Virus record (IMG/VR): IMGVR_UViG_3300049489_000171
Span: 1-55,368 of that record
Reading direction: 5' to 3' (one strand)
DNA from: a virus
Taxonomy: Duplodnaviria; Caudoviricetes
DNA: 55,368 nucleotides
Under the pieces are notes generated by a model, which worked only from the letters and a program-made list of their open reading frames with translations, ran no database searches and was not told the DNA's origin. The translations under genes and the position numbers were made by a program. Of this stretch, positions 33,951 through 43,786 are shown one piece after another. How positions within the stretch are numbered: position 1 is the stretch's first letter; the number at the start of each line of letters is the position of its first letter.

Positions 33951-34390
33951 CAGGGTTTCTTCGGCTTGTTCCAGTACTTGCCGTCGCCCAGCCCGTAAAC
34001 GGACTGCGCGCCATCCAGCAGCGTCATGACCCCTTGGACCCGTCCCGCGCGCTTGGCGTTCTTGCCCTGCAGCCGCAGCATGGCTTGGGTCGACGCCGTG
34101 TTGGCCTGGTCCGTGTACCAGTCATCGGCGGCGTACTGAATGTCCGCGTTGGCGAGGGTTGCGTTGGGGTCGACACCCGCTGCACCTGCGGCAGCGCTTT
34201 GCGATGAGAGGGACCGAAGCAGCGCCCGGCGGCGTTCGATCTCGCGCTGGCGAGCCGCGTCGCCCTCCCGGTTGGCGGCGATCTTGGCCTCGGCGTTGGC
34301 GACCTTGCCGGCATCACTCGACGCTTTTATCGAGTAAGCCGTCGAGGCGACCGTCAAACCAACCATTATCGGGACTGCGGCTGCGCCCAT
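33950..34390 (-). CDS. small internal virion protein (T7 gp14-like)
   Basis: Hydrophobic N-terminus; Q.AAAGAAGVD; position after the nozzle gene. Confidence 0.65.
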   Translation of the reverse strand: MGAAAVPIMVGLTVASTAYSIKASSDAGKVANAEAKIAANREGDAARQREIERRRALLRSLSSQSAAAGAAGVDPNATLANADIQYAADDWYTDQANTASTQAMLRLQGKNAKRAGRVQGVMTLLDGAQSVYGLGDGKYWNKPKKP

Positions 34391-34391
34391 G

Positions 34392-36875
34392 CTATTCGTT
34401 GCTCTCTATTCTGACGTCAATACCGAGGATGTTCATGGGCACCGGATCGACCTGGGTAAACTCAACCAGCAGGTCTCCGTCCGTCCAGTTGGTGGTCTCC
34501 TCCGTGCCAAGCGCGCCGGAGTACGGTGTGCGCACCGCGTCGTCAAACCGCCCCACGTCAAGGCTGCGGTCTTCCAGCACCCGACCGTTCATCAGCAGCC
34601 CCAGCGTGTCCTTGACTCTCACCCGCACCTTGACGATGCGCTTCTTGCGCATCAGGTTCGATGTGCCGGCGCTGGCGTTGGTGGTGGTTTGAAGCGGCAT
34701 CGGCGTCAAGCGCGGGTTGAAGTTCAGCCCGACCTCGACGTTGGCGCTGCTGCGGTCAATCGTAATCTGCCCTGCCGAGGGGGTGGCGTTCTCCAGCACG
34801 AAACCGTCGGCCCGCACCCGGCACAAGGCGCCGTTCAGGTGCCCGAGACCGGTGACTGTCGTGGATGCTGGGGTCGCCTGCTTGGCGCAGTCCGTGTAGG
34901 CGTCACTGTCTGCCTGCTCGATAAAGACCTTGTCTGCATTGTTGATACGGCGCTGGACGGCGAAATACAAGTCCTCCAGCACAGTGGCGCCACCCTTGAA
35001 CAACCCGTCGGTCGTCCAGTTAAACCACGCCTGGACGTTGGCTTCCCGCCGTGAGTTCAATACCGCCACGGTCCCGTCGCCGTTGACCACGAACACCATG
35101 CTGATCTCGTCGCTTCGTGAACCGTTCCAGACGAACAGGTCAACGACGTCATTCAAGAGGTGAGGGGCCAGCGCCGAAACGCCGATAGAGTCAAAGGCGT
35201 CTTCCTCATAGTTGTACTTGAAATCGCGGATTGACTTGCTGTTGCGCTGCACGAACAGGGTCGCGCCGTCTATCGCACAAGGACGGATCTTGGCAGCGCC
35301 GTACTGCGTCTGGTTGACCGGCGCGTCAGCCGGGGTCACGGGCGTGCCGGGAGGCTTTATGTAGCGGAACTCCCCGCCGCTGGTGAACACCTGCAGCGAC
35401 CGCCCCGCGTACAAGGCGTTGATGGCGTTCAGGTTCTGCCCACGGAGCGTGACCTGCAGCGCCTCGTCATCCAGTCCCTCGACCTGTTCGAAGTCCAGCA
35501 ATGCCGCAACCGTGCTGCCGAACAGCGTCTGCTGTCGGCTTTTGGTGCCACCGAAGAACAGCCGCCCCTCAAAGAAGGTCACCGTTCTGGGGTAGCCTCT
35601 GGTGCTGCTCCAAACCGGCTCGTGGCGGCTGGTGCCGTCCGCCGTCTTGACGACCGTGTGCTTGCCCGAGCCCGTAGCCACAGTGGTGCTCATCAGCTCG
35701 TAGTCGTCCGCCGAGGCACCCCCGAGGGTCACGGTATACTCACCCGTGCCGGTGCGAGTACAGGACACGCCAGTGTACCCTTTGACCGTGTACAGCGACT
35801 GCACCGCCTTCTGGATGTTGAGGGCGGTCGCTGCCTGGGCGTCGGCTGTGCCGTCGCCGGCATAGACCACGGCGCCAGACCGGGCGCCGTTCAGCTCGAT
35901 CTGGAAGGTATCGCCCTGCGTCCACGTCCCTGTCTGGGTCAGCACCTGGACGTCGCTGACCGGGGTGGGGGATTGGGCGTCGTTGTAGTCATAAGTCGGC
36001 ACGTTGTCGAATACGACCGGCGTGCTCTGAAAGTTGCTGTCTGACTCCCTGACGAAGAACCACGGTGGGTAGTCCTCGTGGACCAGCACCATGTCCTCAG
36101 CGTCGTTGGCTGCGTCCACCCCTGCAAGGTCGGCGCTCGAGTACGGCATAGGCGCGACACAGACAACCACGCCGTCTTTCAGTACGGTGGCGCTCCGGTC
36201 GGTGAGCGCAACGATGTAGCGGGCCTCGGTGCTGACCTCAAACGGAAACACTCGAACGGCCGACGGGGTTTGGTCCTCGATCCACAGGTCGAACCCGTCG
36301 ATGGTGATGACCGCAGTACTCATGTCCGTGCCGCCGACCTTGGCCACACGCCAGTACCGAGCCGGGACCGACGCCTCGCGGCGGTAGGATCGCGGGTCTT
36401 GGTAGTCAACGGCCTCAAGGGCGGCGCCGAGTGCCATCCACGTCACGTTGTCGGTGCTGTACTGGATGTAGAACTGCGTGCTGGTCCCAAGGTCGCTCTG
36501 AATACCGATCACGTCAGCGTACTTTATCGTCTGGTCCGACCCCAGATCATAGTGAACCACAACGTAGGGGTCCGTGGTGCTGACCCCTGCCGTGGTGACC
36601 AGCGAGGTCGTGTCATCATCGTCGTAGGCGTGGAGCGCAGTACCCCCATTCGGGGCCGTGGCGGCGCTGTACGTCGAAGCGAGCGACAGCGTCCCGGGGA
36701 GCGTGGCCCGGTGAACCAGCCCGCGGCGGCGGCGAGCCCCGCCGAGGTGGTGCAGCTCGATGTTCTCGCCGTAGAGCAGGGCGTTGTTGTAGGCTTCAGT
36801 TTCGACACGCGCTGCTGCCCGCGAGTCGATGACGCCGGAAAGGAAGCTCGATTGGACAACGTGACTCTTGGCCAA
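34392..36875 (-). CDS. tail nozzle (tail tubular protein B)
   Basis: QSSFLSG; GGARRRRG; GYPRTVTFFEGRLFFGG; FTSGGEF; AWFNWTTDG. Confidence 0.85.
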   Translation of the reverse strand: MAKSHVVQSSFLSGVIDSRAAARVETEAYNNALLYGENIELHHLGGARRRRGLVHRATLPGTLSLASTYSAATAPNGGTALHAYDDDDTTSLVTTAGVSTTDPYVVVHYDLGSDQTIKYADVIGIQSDLGTSTQFYIQYSTDNVTWMALGAALEAVDYQDPRSYRREASVPARYWRVAKVGGTDMSTAVITIDGFDLWIEDQTPSAVRVFPFEVSTEARYIVALTDRSATVLKDGVVVCVAPMPYSSADLAGVDAANDAEDMVLVHEDYPPWFFVRESDSNFQSTPVVFDNVPTYDYNDAQSPTPVSDVQVLTQTGTWTQGDTFQIELNGARSGAVVYAGDGTADAQAATALNIQKAVQSLYTVKGYTGVSCTRTGTGEYTVTLGGASADDYELMSTTVATGSGKHTVVKTADGTSRHEPVWSSTRGYPRTVTFFEGRLFFGGTKSRQQTLFGSTVAALLDFEQVEGLDDEALQVTLRGQNLNAINALYAGRSLQVFTSGGEFRYIKPPGTPVTPADAPVNQTQYGAAKIRPCAIDGATLFVQRNSKSIRDFKYNYEEDAFDSIGVSALAPHLLNDVVDLFVWNGSRSDEISMVFVVNGDGTVAVLNSRREANVQAWFNWTTDGLFKGGATVLEDLYFAVQRRINNADKVFIEQADSDAYTDCAKQATPASTTVTGLGHLNGALCRVRADGFVLENATPSAGQITIDRSSANVEVGLNFNPRLTPMPLQTTTNASAGTSNLMRKKRIVKVRVRVKDTLGLLMNGRVLEDRSLDVGRFDDAVRTPYSGALGTEETTNWTDGDLLVEFTQVDPVPMNILGIDVRIESNE

Positions 36876-36876
36876 G

Positions 36877-37440
36877 CTACCGGACGTCCGTGAAGGGGCT
36901 ACGCTGAATCGGCGTCGATGGCCGCCCCTGCGCGTCGGCGAACATGGCCCGGTCGCGCTGCTGCTGGTACTTGCGATGCATCACGGCGATCGACTCGCCC
37001 TTGTCCTCAGTAACCGGCTTCAGCATGTCCCGCGCCAGGGCGTATGTCAGCAGTGCGCAGAAGTAGGCCGGCAGCTGGCTGATCTCAGGCTTGAACACGT
37101 AGTCCATCTCGACCGTCGTCTCGTTGGTGTAGACGCGGTCGCCGTAGATCTCATAGGGCGCAACCGGGTAGATGTGCAGGGGCAGGAGGCAGTCGCTCGG
37201 GAGTTGATAGGCGTACTGCCACTGGTTCTGTGGGACGTCGACGAGGCGGGCGAGTTGTTCCTTCTTGACGGCAAACCGCCAACGATTGGACTGCAACTCG
37301 TTCTCGTAGGTCATCTCGAACATCTCGGCGCCGACCGTCACGCCATAACGGTCATCGTCGAGCGCCTGCGCCGGCTTTTCGCCGATGAGCAAAAGTGCTC
37401 GGCTGATCAATCCGATTTTGGTGTTCGTTTCGATGGCCAA
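36877..37440 (-). CDS. tail adaptor (tail tubular protein A)
   Basis: ISRALLLIGE; WRFA; WQYAYQLPSDCL; F..LL.Y.LA. Confidence 0.85.
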   Translation of the reverse strand: MAIETNTKIGLISRALLLIGEKPAQALDDDRYGVTVGAEMFEMTYENELQSNRWRFAVKKEQLARLVDVPQNQWQYAYQLPSDCLLPLHIYPVAPYEIYGDRVYTNETTVEMDYVFKPEISQLPAYFCALLTYALARDMLKPVTEDKGESIAVMHRKYQQQRDRAMFADAQGRPSTPIQRSPFTDVR

Positions 37441-37441
37441 A

Positions 37442-38068
37442 TTAATATCCTGCCGCCTTATATAGTGGGTGGTTTGGGGTCAGCGCCCAAGGCCGAGGCT
37501 TGCCGTGGAATGCGACGAGCCGTGCGTCTGCGGGCACCCCGTCACCGTGTTTGCGAATGTCGGCCTTGTAGCTCACGACCTGGCCGGGGAGAACGTCCTG
37601 CCACCGGGCAGCCTTGTCGAGCCACAACGTCTCCAGAAACTTTTGATCACCCCCTCCCCTGTGCCACCGCATGTGTCGTTGCGGAGACATCATCCATGCT
37701 TCCCAGACTTCCGCCCGGTCGGCTTCTGGCAGAAACATGACCCCCGAGCCAAGGTGCTCGGGCTTGTAGAAGTCGCGCAAAAGCGTCAATGAACGCACGG
37801 CGGCGAGATCGTCAAGCGGCCCGACGATGACAGTGTCGAGGTCCATGAACAGGATGTCGCCGATGATATCGGGCCGGAACAACTCCATCTTGCTCCACCA
37901 CCCCGGCCAGTCGTGGCGAAGCGGCACGGTTCTTACTCCATGTACGTCGACGTCTGAAAGGCAAACGGTGTCGACGCAAGGCAGCCACTCGGTTATCTGT
38001 CGGTGCAAGGCCCGAACATGTTTCGCTTGGTACTCGCGCCCGACGCGCAGGACGGTTACAACGCGCAT
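37442..38068 (-). CDS. GT-A fold glycosyltransferase
   Basis: CLSD; WPGWWSKMELF; FMDLDTVI (DxD); GDQ; FHGKPRPW. Confidence 0.8.
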   Translation of the reverse strand: MRVVTVLRVGREYQAKHVRALHRQITEWLPCVDTVCLSDVDVHGVRTVPLRHDWPGWWSKMELFRPDIIGDILFMDLDTVIVGPLDDLAAVRSLTLLRDFYKPEHLGSGVMFLPEADRAEVWEAWMMSPQRHMRWHRGGGDQKFLETLWLDKAARWQDVLPGQVVSYKADIRKHGDGVPADARLVAFHGKPRPWALTPNHPLYKAAGY

Positions 38069-38679
38069 CGGTAGATGACGTCGCGCTTCGACTTGGCGAC
38101 CTGCACATAGCCGAAGTTGCGCGCCAGCCACTTGCCGGCGCCGCCCTTCTCCGTGCCGAAGCGCTCTGACAACCCGTTGTCCTCGATGGCGATGACGGGG
38201 CGAGACAACGCGATGGTCTCAGCCGCCCCTTTTAGTGCCAACAGCTCCGACCCTTCGATGTCGAGATAGATCAGGTCGCAGTCGGTTACGCCGAGGCTGT
38301 CTATGCGTACGGCCGGCACTTCGTTTCCGGGCACGATGTACTGCTGCCCCAAGTTGTCCGTGCTGGGCCGGCAGATCGCCACGGTGCCCGGAGCGTCACT
38401 GAAGGCCGCATTCAGCTTTTCGACGTTGTGCTCCCTGACATTCTGGTCAAGGTACGCGAAGCAGCGCGGATCGGCTTCAGCGGTAACTACATGGGCGAAC
38501 TTGGCCGCCAGCTTCCACGGAAACGCGCCCATGTTCCCTCCCGCCTGGATCGCGGTGCGCGCCGAGCGGAGAAACGGGTACGTGGCTTTCAGCGAGACAA
38601 AAGAGTCAAAAACGACTGCAAGGCACTTCGTGTCGGCGTCAGGCCACGCCCACTCGCGGCCAGCCCGGGTGACGATCAC
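38056..38679 (-). CDS. FkbM family SAM-dependent methyltransferase
   Basis: IQAGGNMG; RIDSL; LIYLDIEGSELLALKGA..TI...RPVI.IE. Confidence 0.88.
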   Translation of the reverse strand: MIVTRAGREWAWPDADTKCLAVVFDSFVSLKATYPFLRSARTAIQAGGNMGAFPWKLAAKFAHVVTAEADPRCFAYLDQNVREHNVEKLNAAFSDAPGTVAICRPSTDNLGQQYIVPGNEVPAVRIDSLGVTDCDLIYLDIEGSELLALKGAAETIALSRPVIAIEDNGLSERFGTEKGGAGKWLARNFGYVQVAKSKRDVIYRCAL

Positions 38680-39275
38680 GTCAAGAAATCAGTCGGCGAC
38701 CCCAGACACTCCCGGGTGAAGCCGCTCATGGAGAACACGCGACCAGCGAACTCGGTCTTCGCCAGACGGGCGAACTTGTCCCGATATCCCACGATCGTCC
38801 GGTGGTTTTGCTGGGCGGCGTCCCCGACCCGGCGGCAGTCGTGTTTGATCTGGACCCCGGCAACGGACTCGCCGGGGAAATACCCCGACCCGTCCATTGG
38901 CGCGCCGCAGATGACAATTGGGTGGTAGCCCATCGCAAAGCCAATGCGTACTCCTTTGCCGATGCTCGTGGCGCCGGTCGACATGCTTTTGTCCCAGAAG
39001 TCCGTGACTGACGGCGTCTCGGCCTTGCGGGGGGCATCCAGCTTGTGGCCGTTGACGTGCAGTCGCCAAGGCTTGGCGTCAGGGAACACCGTGCGCCGTG
39101 CCGCTGCAAAGTGTTCAGCCTTCTCGCGATGCCCCGACAATACGTGCTCCGCATCTTCAACCGCCACGCAGGCTCCGTTGACCAGCATGACGTGGGCGTC
39201 CGGGTAGATGGCTTTGGCTTTGGCGATGTCCTCGTGAAGACAAGGCGCGCTGCCCACGACCAGCAGTGCCGGCAT
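38676..39275 (-). CDS. MAF/GT29-like nucleotide-sugar-binding fold protein
   Basis: LVVGSAPCL; VN; TS...GV..G..MGY..IVICGAPMD. Confidence 0.55.
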   Translation of the reverse strand: MPALLVVGSAPCLHEDIAKAKAIYPDAHVMLVNGACVAVEDAEHVLSGHREKAEHFAAARRTVFPDAKPWRLHVNGHKLDAPRKAETPSVTDFWDKSMSTGATSIGKGVRIGFAMGYHPIVICGAPMDGSGYFPGESVAGVQIKHDCRRVGDAAQQNHRTIVGYRDKFARLAKTEFAGRVFSMSGFTRECLGSPTDFLT

Positions 39276-39287
39276 CTACCCTCCGCA

Positions 39288-39317
39288 GAAAAGATGGCGG
39301 GGTCCGAAGACCCCGCC
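39288..39317 (-). terminator. hairpin or weak intrinsic terminator
   Basis: GGCGGGGTC-TTCG-GACCCCGCC then ATCTTTT on the minus strand. Confidence 0.6.
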
Positions 39318-39331
39318 GAAAGAGACTCCGA

Positions 39332-39625
39332 TCAGTCGCTGTCGATAGTGGAGAGCGCCAGCGTGTTGTTGCAGTCAACCACGCCCTCGACCGGCGGCGA
39401 AGCCGTCATGTCGCGGGTGTTGCCGCTGACCCACAGGAGACCAGGGACGCCGTTGCCGACGCAGTAGATCAGGTCGCCGACCTGCAGCTTGCCAGCGTCC
39501 AGGTTGAAGTACCCAGAGCCGTCAATGGTTGCGATGGCATCGCCATCCGCATACGTCCAGATGGTGGGGCCGCCGGAGTTTTGCGGGCCGACCCGACGAA
39601 TCGGGTTTGAAAGTTCGTAAGCCAT
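39332..39625 (-). CDS. putative minor capsid/decoration protein
   Basis: Directly after the capsid gene; WTY..GD...I.GSGYFN....LQVGDLI; GAGG RBS. Confidence 0.65.
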   Translation of the reverse strand: MAYELSNPIRRVGPQNSGGPTIWTYADGDAIATIDGSGYFNLDAGKLQVGDLIYCVGNGVPGLLWVSGNTRDMTASPPVEGVVDCNNTLALSTIDSD

Positions 39626-39644
39626 GAAGTGTTTCCTCGAATGA

Positions 39645-39681
39645 AAGAAGTGAAGAACGGGCGGGGTGTTACCCCCGCCCG
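39645..39681 (-). terminator. terminator after the capsid gene
   Basis: CGGGCGGGG/CCCCGCCCG stem followed by TTCTTCACTTCTTT on the minus strand. Confidence 0.55.
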
Positions 39682-39686
39682 GTCAA

Positions 39687-40562
39687 TTAGTCAGACGCCC
39701 AGCTCTGAACCTCAACCACGCCCTTGCTGTCGATGACAGCGGCGCCGGCTTTGAGGATGCCCTGCGACAGCCACGAGTAGCGCTCCGCGATGAAGTCCAC
39801 GCGGGTCGACGGCTCGATAGCGGTAGCGAGACCGACGGCAGCGCGGTCAAACGCGAAGCACTGCTGGATGTCGGCAGAGATGGAAGGCAGGCCGCCCTCA
39901 AGGCGGTCTTCGATGACCACCCAAGTGAAGCCAAACGCCTTCTTGTTGTTGAGGTCCGCGTCGACCAGGGCACGCATCGTCTGGTAGTCAGCCGACGTCA
40001 CCTCGGTCTCGGCCAGAGCGCCCTCGAGGCCGGCAGCGTTGATCAGAAGGGTGTGGTCAGACCCAACGACCTGCTGTGCCAGAAGGTAGCGCTTGGCGCG
40101 CCGCAGCTTGGTGGCGTTGATCGGGCTGTTGGTGCCGCCCAGATCCTCGTCCACCGTGCCAGCCAGAGACGAGGCGGCGTCCAGAGCGTCGATGATCAGC
40201 TGATCCTCGGCGCGGCCTAGGGCCATCGCGTTGCTCTTGGCGAGGTCCGCACGCTCGTCGACCGTGGTCTCGGCCTGGTCGAACAGGTCGGTGTATTCAC
40301 CGATGCGCCAGTTCGACAGGGTGGCCGCCACCTTGGTGTGCGTGTAGTCCTGCGGAGTGATGAGTTCAGCCGACGTGTGCTGAAGCGCAACGCCGGAGCC
40401 CATCTTGCGGAAGAAGTGCGTCTGGCCCGTGACGCCACTCTTGACCTTGACCCGGGACTTCAGCGAGCTGGAGCCCTGGTAGGCGAGTTTGACTTCGGTG
40501 TCGTAAGACGCGATTGCAGCGTTGGTGGTCGTACTGTAGACACCACCCAAGTTGATAGACAT
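39687..40562 (-). CDS. major capsid protein
   Basis: AYQGSSSL; ALGRAEDQLIIDAL; TSADY; FGFTW; GAAVID.KGVV; position after the scaffold. Confidence 0.85.
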   Translation of the reverse strand: MSINLGGVYSTTTNAAIASYDTEVKLAYQGSSSLKSRVKVKSGVTGQTHFFRKMGSGVALQHTSAELITPQDYTHTKVAATLSNWRIGEYTDLFDQAETTVDERADLAKSNAMALGRAEDQLIIDALDAASSLAGTVDEDLGGTNSPINATKLRRAKRYLLAQQVVGSDHTLLINAAGLEGALAETEVTSADYQTMRALVDADLNNKKAFGFTWVVIEDRLEGGLPSISADIQQCFAFDRAAVGLATAIEPSTRVDFIAERYSWLSQGILKAGAAVIDSKGVVEVQSWASD

Positions 40563-40774
40563 TTATCATTCCTCTTGAAATTGATAGGTAAGTTGACTCG
40601 GCCTTCCAGCCGCCCGAGTTCGATTGGGGTCCCGGTTTACCGGCCCGCTCTCACCTTTGCCCCGTGCGTGGGGCTCGCGACGCATCCGTCTCCCGGCTCT
40701 TGCGAGGTCCCGGGCGGGAGGCGTGAAATTCTGTTGGCAGTCGCTTTAGCGACGGATGTTGCGAAGGTAGTTGC

Positions 40775-42070
40775 TCATTGCGGGAACGGTCTCATCAACG
40801 GATCGCCTGTGGCGAGGTGCGTGTATTCCAGCGTGCACCACGCGGCTTCGCAAAGCGTGCGTCCACTCAGCAGCACGCGGAATGCGTCAAGGTATTTACT
40901 CTGCGGTTTCGGAGTTTGGTGGAACCCACCCTCGTTCGTCCCCATGTGCGAGATCGCCGAGAACCCCGCCGAACGCAGCGACGCTGCCCACCGGCTGCCG
41001 TAGGATGCCCCGCCGAGGAACAGTCCGCCGCTCGTCGAGCCGGCCATGTCGCCAGCCCACGTCGATTGTTTGCCGTTCTGAAAGCCGGTGCCGAGACCGA
41101 TCTGGAACGTGACTGTCGGTGTCGCTGTACCGTCATCCAGCGTCGCGGAAGTCCAACCCAAGCCGCTGGCTGCGGGCAGCAGGTCTTCCGCAATCCCGGT
41201 CGGGGTTGCTGAGTGCCAGTAATCTACGTCCAGCCCGAGGTCGATCAACTTCTTGCCCATCAGCGCCTGTTTCGCCGCTCTACCCCATGATGAATCCAAC
41301 TCGGTAACAGCGACCAGCACCTTGCGAGCCGATTGCAGGCTGGCAGGAATCTGGAAATTGCCCGCCTTGCCGAGAAGCACCCGGCTGTTATCCCACAGCG
41401 TCGTCGTCGCAGCGTGGCTGGCGTCCTCGTGGGTGTAGTAGCCGATCACGCCGGTCAGCAGGTTGTCCATGATGGAGTAGTCGCCAGACCAGCTTGATTT
41501 GAACTGCGTGAACTTATCTGATGTTTCGGTGCCTCCACCTGCTTCTAGCCAATCGTCATCGTCCACCACTTCCAGCGCAGACGTGACATTCGCGGTGTCA
41601 TAGCCTGATGTCGGGCTGCCCTTGTGGCTGGCCACGCTATCGCCAAAGCTCACGATTGTGTCGGCTGCCCTCATGGGGTAGTACCCGTCGCCAGTGCTGA
41701 GCATCAGCGGCTCTGCGTTCTGCGCGATGATGCGCTTAACCAGTCCGACCATCAGCGCGAAGTTTGCATTGACGCTGACGGTATCAGTCGTGTCGCGGAA
41801 CTCCATCTTGACGGGGCAACCAGCAGTGCAGAACACGGCATAGGCATCGACTGCGACGACCTTCGCGTACAGGTCAGCCCAAAAGCCAGCCAATCGCCCG
41901 GCGGCGTATGCCCATGTCGTTGCCGAGCCAAGCGCATAGACGAACTGATTGCTGGTCGGTATGCCGTACATCGCGCAGTAGCGGTCAGCAATCGTCTGGC
42001 TGTCAGCGTGATCGCTGTTCACGACCACAACCGCATGGGCTGCGATGTCGAGCTTGTCGCGCACGGTCAT
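40775..42070 (-). CDS. TIGR03790-like protein
   Basis: N-terminal VVVVNSDHADSQTIADRYCAMYGIP..N and C-terminal LSGRTLCEAAW...GDPLMRPF. Confidence 0.6.
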   Translation of the reverse strand: MTVRDKLDIAAHAVVVVNSDHADSQTIADRYCAMYGIPTSNQFVYALGSATTWAYAAGRLAGFWADLYAKVVAVDAYAVFCTAGCPVKMEFRDTTDTVSVNANFALMVGLVKRIIAQNAEPLMLSTGDGYYPMRAADTIVSFGDSVASHKGSPTSGYDTANVTSALEVVDDDDWLEAGGGTETSDKFTQFKSSWSGDYSIMDNLLTGVIGYYTHEDASHAATTTLWDNSRVLLGKAGNFQIPASLQSARKVLVAVTELDSSWGRAAKQALMGKKLIDLGLDVDYWHSATPTGIAEDLLPAASGLGWTSATLDDGTATPTVTFQIGLGTGFQNGKQSTWAGDMAGSTSGGLFLGGASYGSRWAASLRSAGFSAISHMGTNEGGFHQTPKPQSKYLDAFRVLLSGRTLCEAAWCTLEYTHLATGDPLMRPFPQ

Positions 42071-42891
42071 GTCGTGCCGTCGCCGTTCATGGTCCAGTCT
42101 GCGCCCGAGCCTTGGTTGGCCCCGGCGTTCCAGTCAGCCGCGACCTGCGTGCCCCCGTAGAACACAATCGGCGTGACGCCCGGCGCAGAGCCATCAACGC
42201 CCAAATCTCGCTCGTTGCCAAAGTCGTAGTCGGTCGGTGTGATGTAGTGGGCGGCGGTATCGCCTGCGGTGATCCATGCCAGCTTGACCTCACCGGGGAA
42301 CCACGCGCCGGGGGTATTGTTTGCAAACAAATACCACGAGGCATAGGTGCCGAAGGTCATGCCGGTGGCAGTCACAATGTCGCCGCTCCCGCTCAAAGCA
42401 CCATCTACCCATACGAAAGCGCGTGTGACTGATCCATCGTTGTACGCCGCAAAATGCACCGTATTATCCTGCCCGACGACCAGCGGGACAGTGCCTGCAC
42501 TCGTATTCGGCCCGTTGATATTCACGAAGTTAAGCGTCGGTGCGCCACCGGCTATCATTGTCAACCGCACTAGCGGGTTCGCAAACAAAAACTGCTTCTG
42601 TGCCGCCACGCTGGTCGGGTTGACGATGAATACAGCGGTGAAATAACTATGCGTCCCACCGAACGGATCGGACGGTGAGGTCATATAATCACTCGTCCCG
42701 TCAAAGACGACAGCGTTGTGGCCGGGGTAGGACGCAGGCGCGCCGTACTCCCATACCGCCTTCCCGCTGCCTGGGTCGGCCACATAAGACCCAGTGAACT
42801 CCTGGTCCTCGTAGGTGGCCTCCCAGATGCGCTTGCCGCCGCCGGGATCAGCGACGTAACCTGCGCCTGTCCGAACCCGGCGGGTTACCAT
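42067..42891 (-). CDS. LamG/concanavalin-like domain protein
   Basis: AVVFDGTSDY; VWVDG; N-terminal duplicated YVADPG.GK..WE. Confidence 0.6.
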   Translation of the reverse strand: MVTRRVRTGAGYVADPGGGKRIWEATYEDQEFTGSYVADPGSGKAVWEYGAPASYPGHNAVVFDGTSDYMTSPSDPFGGTHSYFTAVFIVNPTSVAAQKQFLFANPLVRLTMIAGGAPTLNFVNINGPNTSAGTVPLVVGQDNTVHFAAYNDGSVTRAFVWVDGALSGSGDIVTATGMTFGTYASWYLFANNTPGAWFPGEVKLAWITAGDTAAHYITPTDYDFGNERDLGVDGSAPGVTPIVFYGGTQVAADWNAGANQGSGADWTMNGDGTT

Positions 42892-43776
42892 TTAGGCTGC
42901 TTTCGCCTGCGAGTTGTAGTAGTCGATCCGCATCCGCTCGACCATGCTGCGGTACGCCGCGTCGGTCTCGTACAACCGCTTGCCGTCGGGGCCGAGCTTG
43001 GCCTGTGCTGCGTTGATGGCCGCCTCGCCGGTCGGCTGGCCTGCGGGCACGTCGGCCCCCGGCTTCGCCGTTCGCGGCTGTCGCGACTTGGCGATCAGCG
43101 TTTCGAACGTCTTGAACACCGCAGCGGCGTTGGGGCCGGCCGTGGCCTGACGCAGCGTCTCATACTGGTCGAGGGCGAGGTTGGCCTTGGCCCACTGCGC
43201 GACGTTGCGGATGCGCGTGTCGGCGTCGTCGCCGAGTTCAGCCTTGATGGTTGCAGGGTCAGGCGCCAGCTCAGCCTCATAGGCCGCCAGCATCCCCACC
43301 ACCTCGTTGAACGCCTCGTTGCTCATCTGCTTCTCGCCCGCCCACTTCTGGAAGGTCTGCAGCAGCGGATGCTCCATGTCCAGCGCGCCGTCAAGCGCCT
43401 CAGGGAGCTTCACCTCGTACTTGCCGTCCTTGGGCGCACCAGTGAAGGCGCCCATGCGCTTCTCGAGTTCGGCGTAGGCTTTCGCCTGTTCGCCGACGTT
43501 CTTGTACTTGTCGGCCTTGTACCACTCAGGGGCCTTGCCCTCGCCCTTCACCCCCTCAAGCAGAAACCAGTCAGACTCGTCCTGGCTGACCGCTGGCTTC
43601 TCGGCGGCAGGCGCCGGAGGCGTGACTTCAGCCTCTACCTTGTCCGCCTCAGGCAACAAAGATTCAGGCGCTGGCGCAGCGGCCGGAGTTTCAGGGGTAG
43701 CCGCTACCGGAGTCGTCGGTGCTGCGGCCGCGGGTGTCGCCGGATCGGCGGCTGCGGGTGTCGCTTCAGTGGTCAT
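42892..43776 (-). CDS. capsid scaffolding protein
   Basis: Pro/Ala-rich N-terminus; AKAYAELEKRMG..AP..Y; position between portal and capsid. Confidence 0.8.
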   Translation of the reverse strand: MTTEATPAAADPATPAAAAPTTPVAATPETPAAAPAPESLLPEADKVEAEVTPPAPAAEKPAVSQDESDWFLLEGVKGEGKAPEWYKADKYKNVGEQAKAYAELEKRMGAFTGAPKDGKYEVKLPEALDGALDMEHPLLQTFQKWAGEKQMSNEAFNEVVGMLAAYEAELAPDPATIKAELGDDADTRIRNVAQWAKANLALDQYETLRQATAGPNAAAVFKTFETLIAKSRQPRTAKPGADVPAGQPTGEAAINAAQAKLGPDGKRLYETDAAYRSMVERMRIDYYNSQAKAA

Positions 43777-43786
43777 GGGTGCCCTC

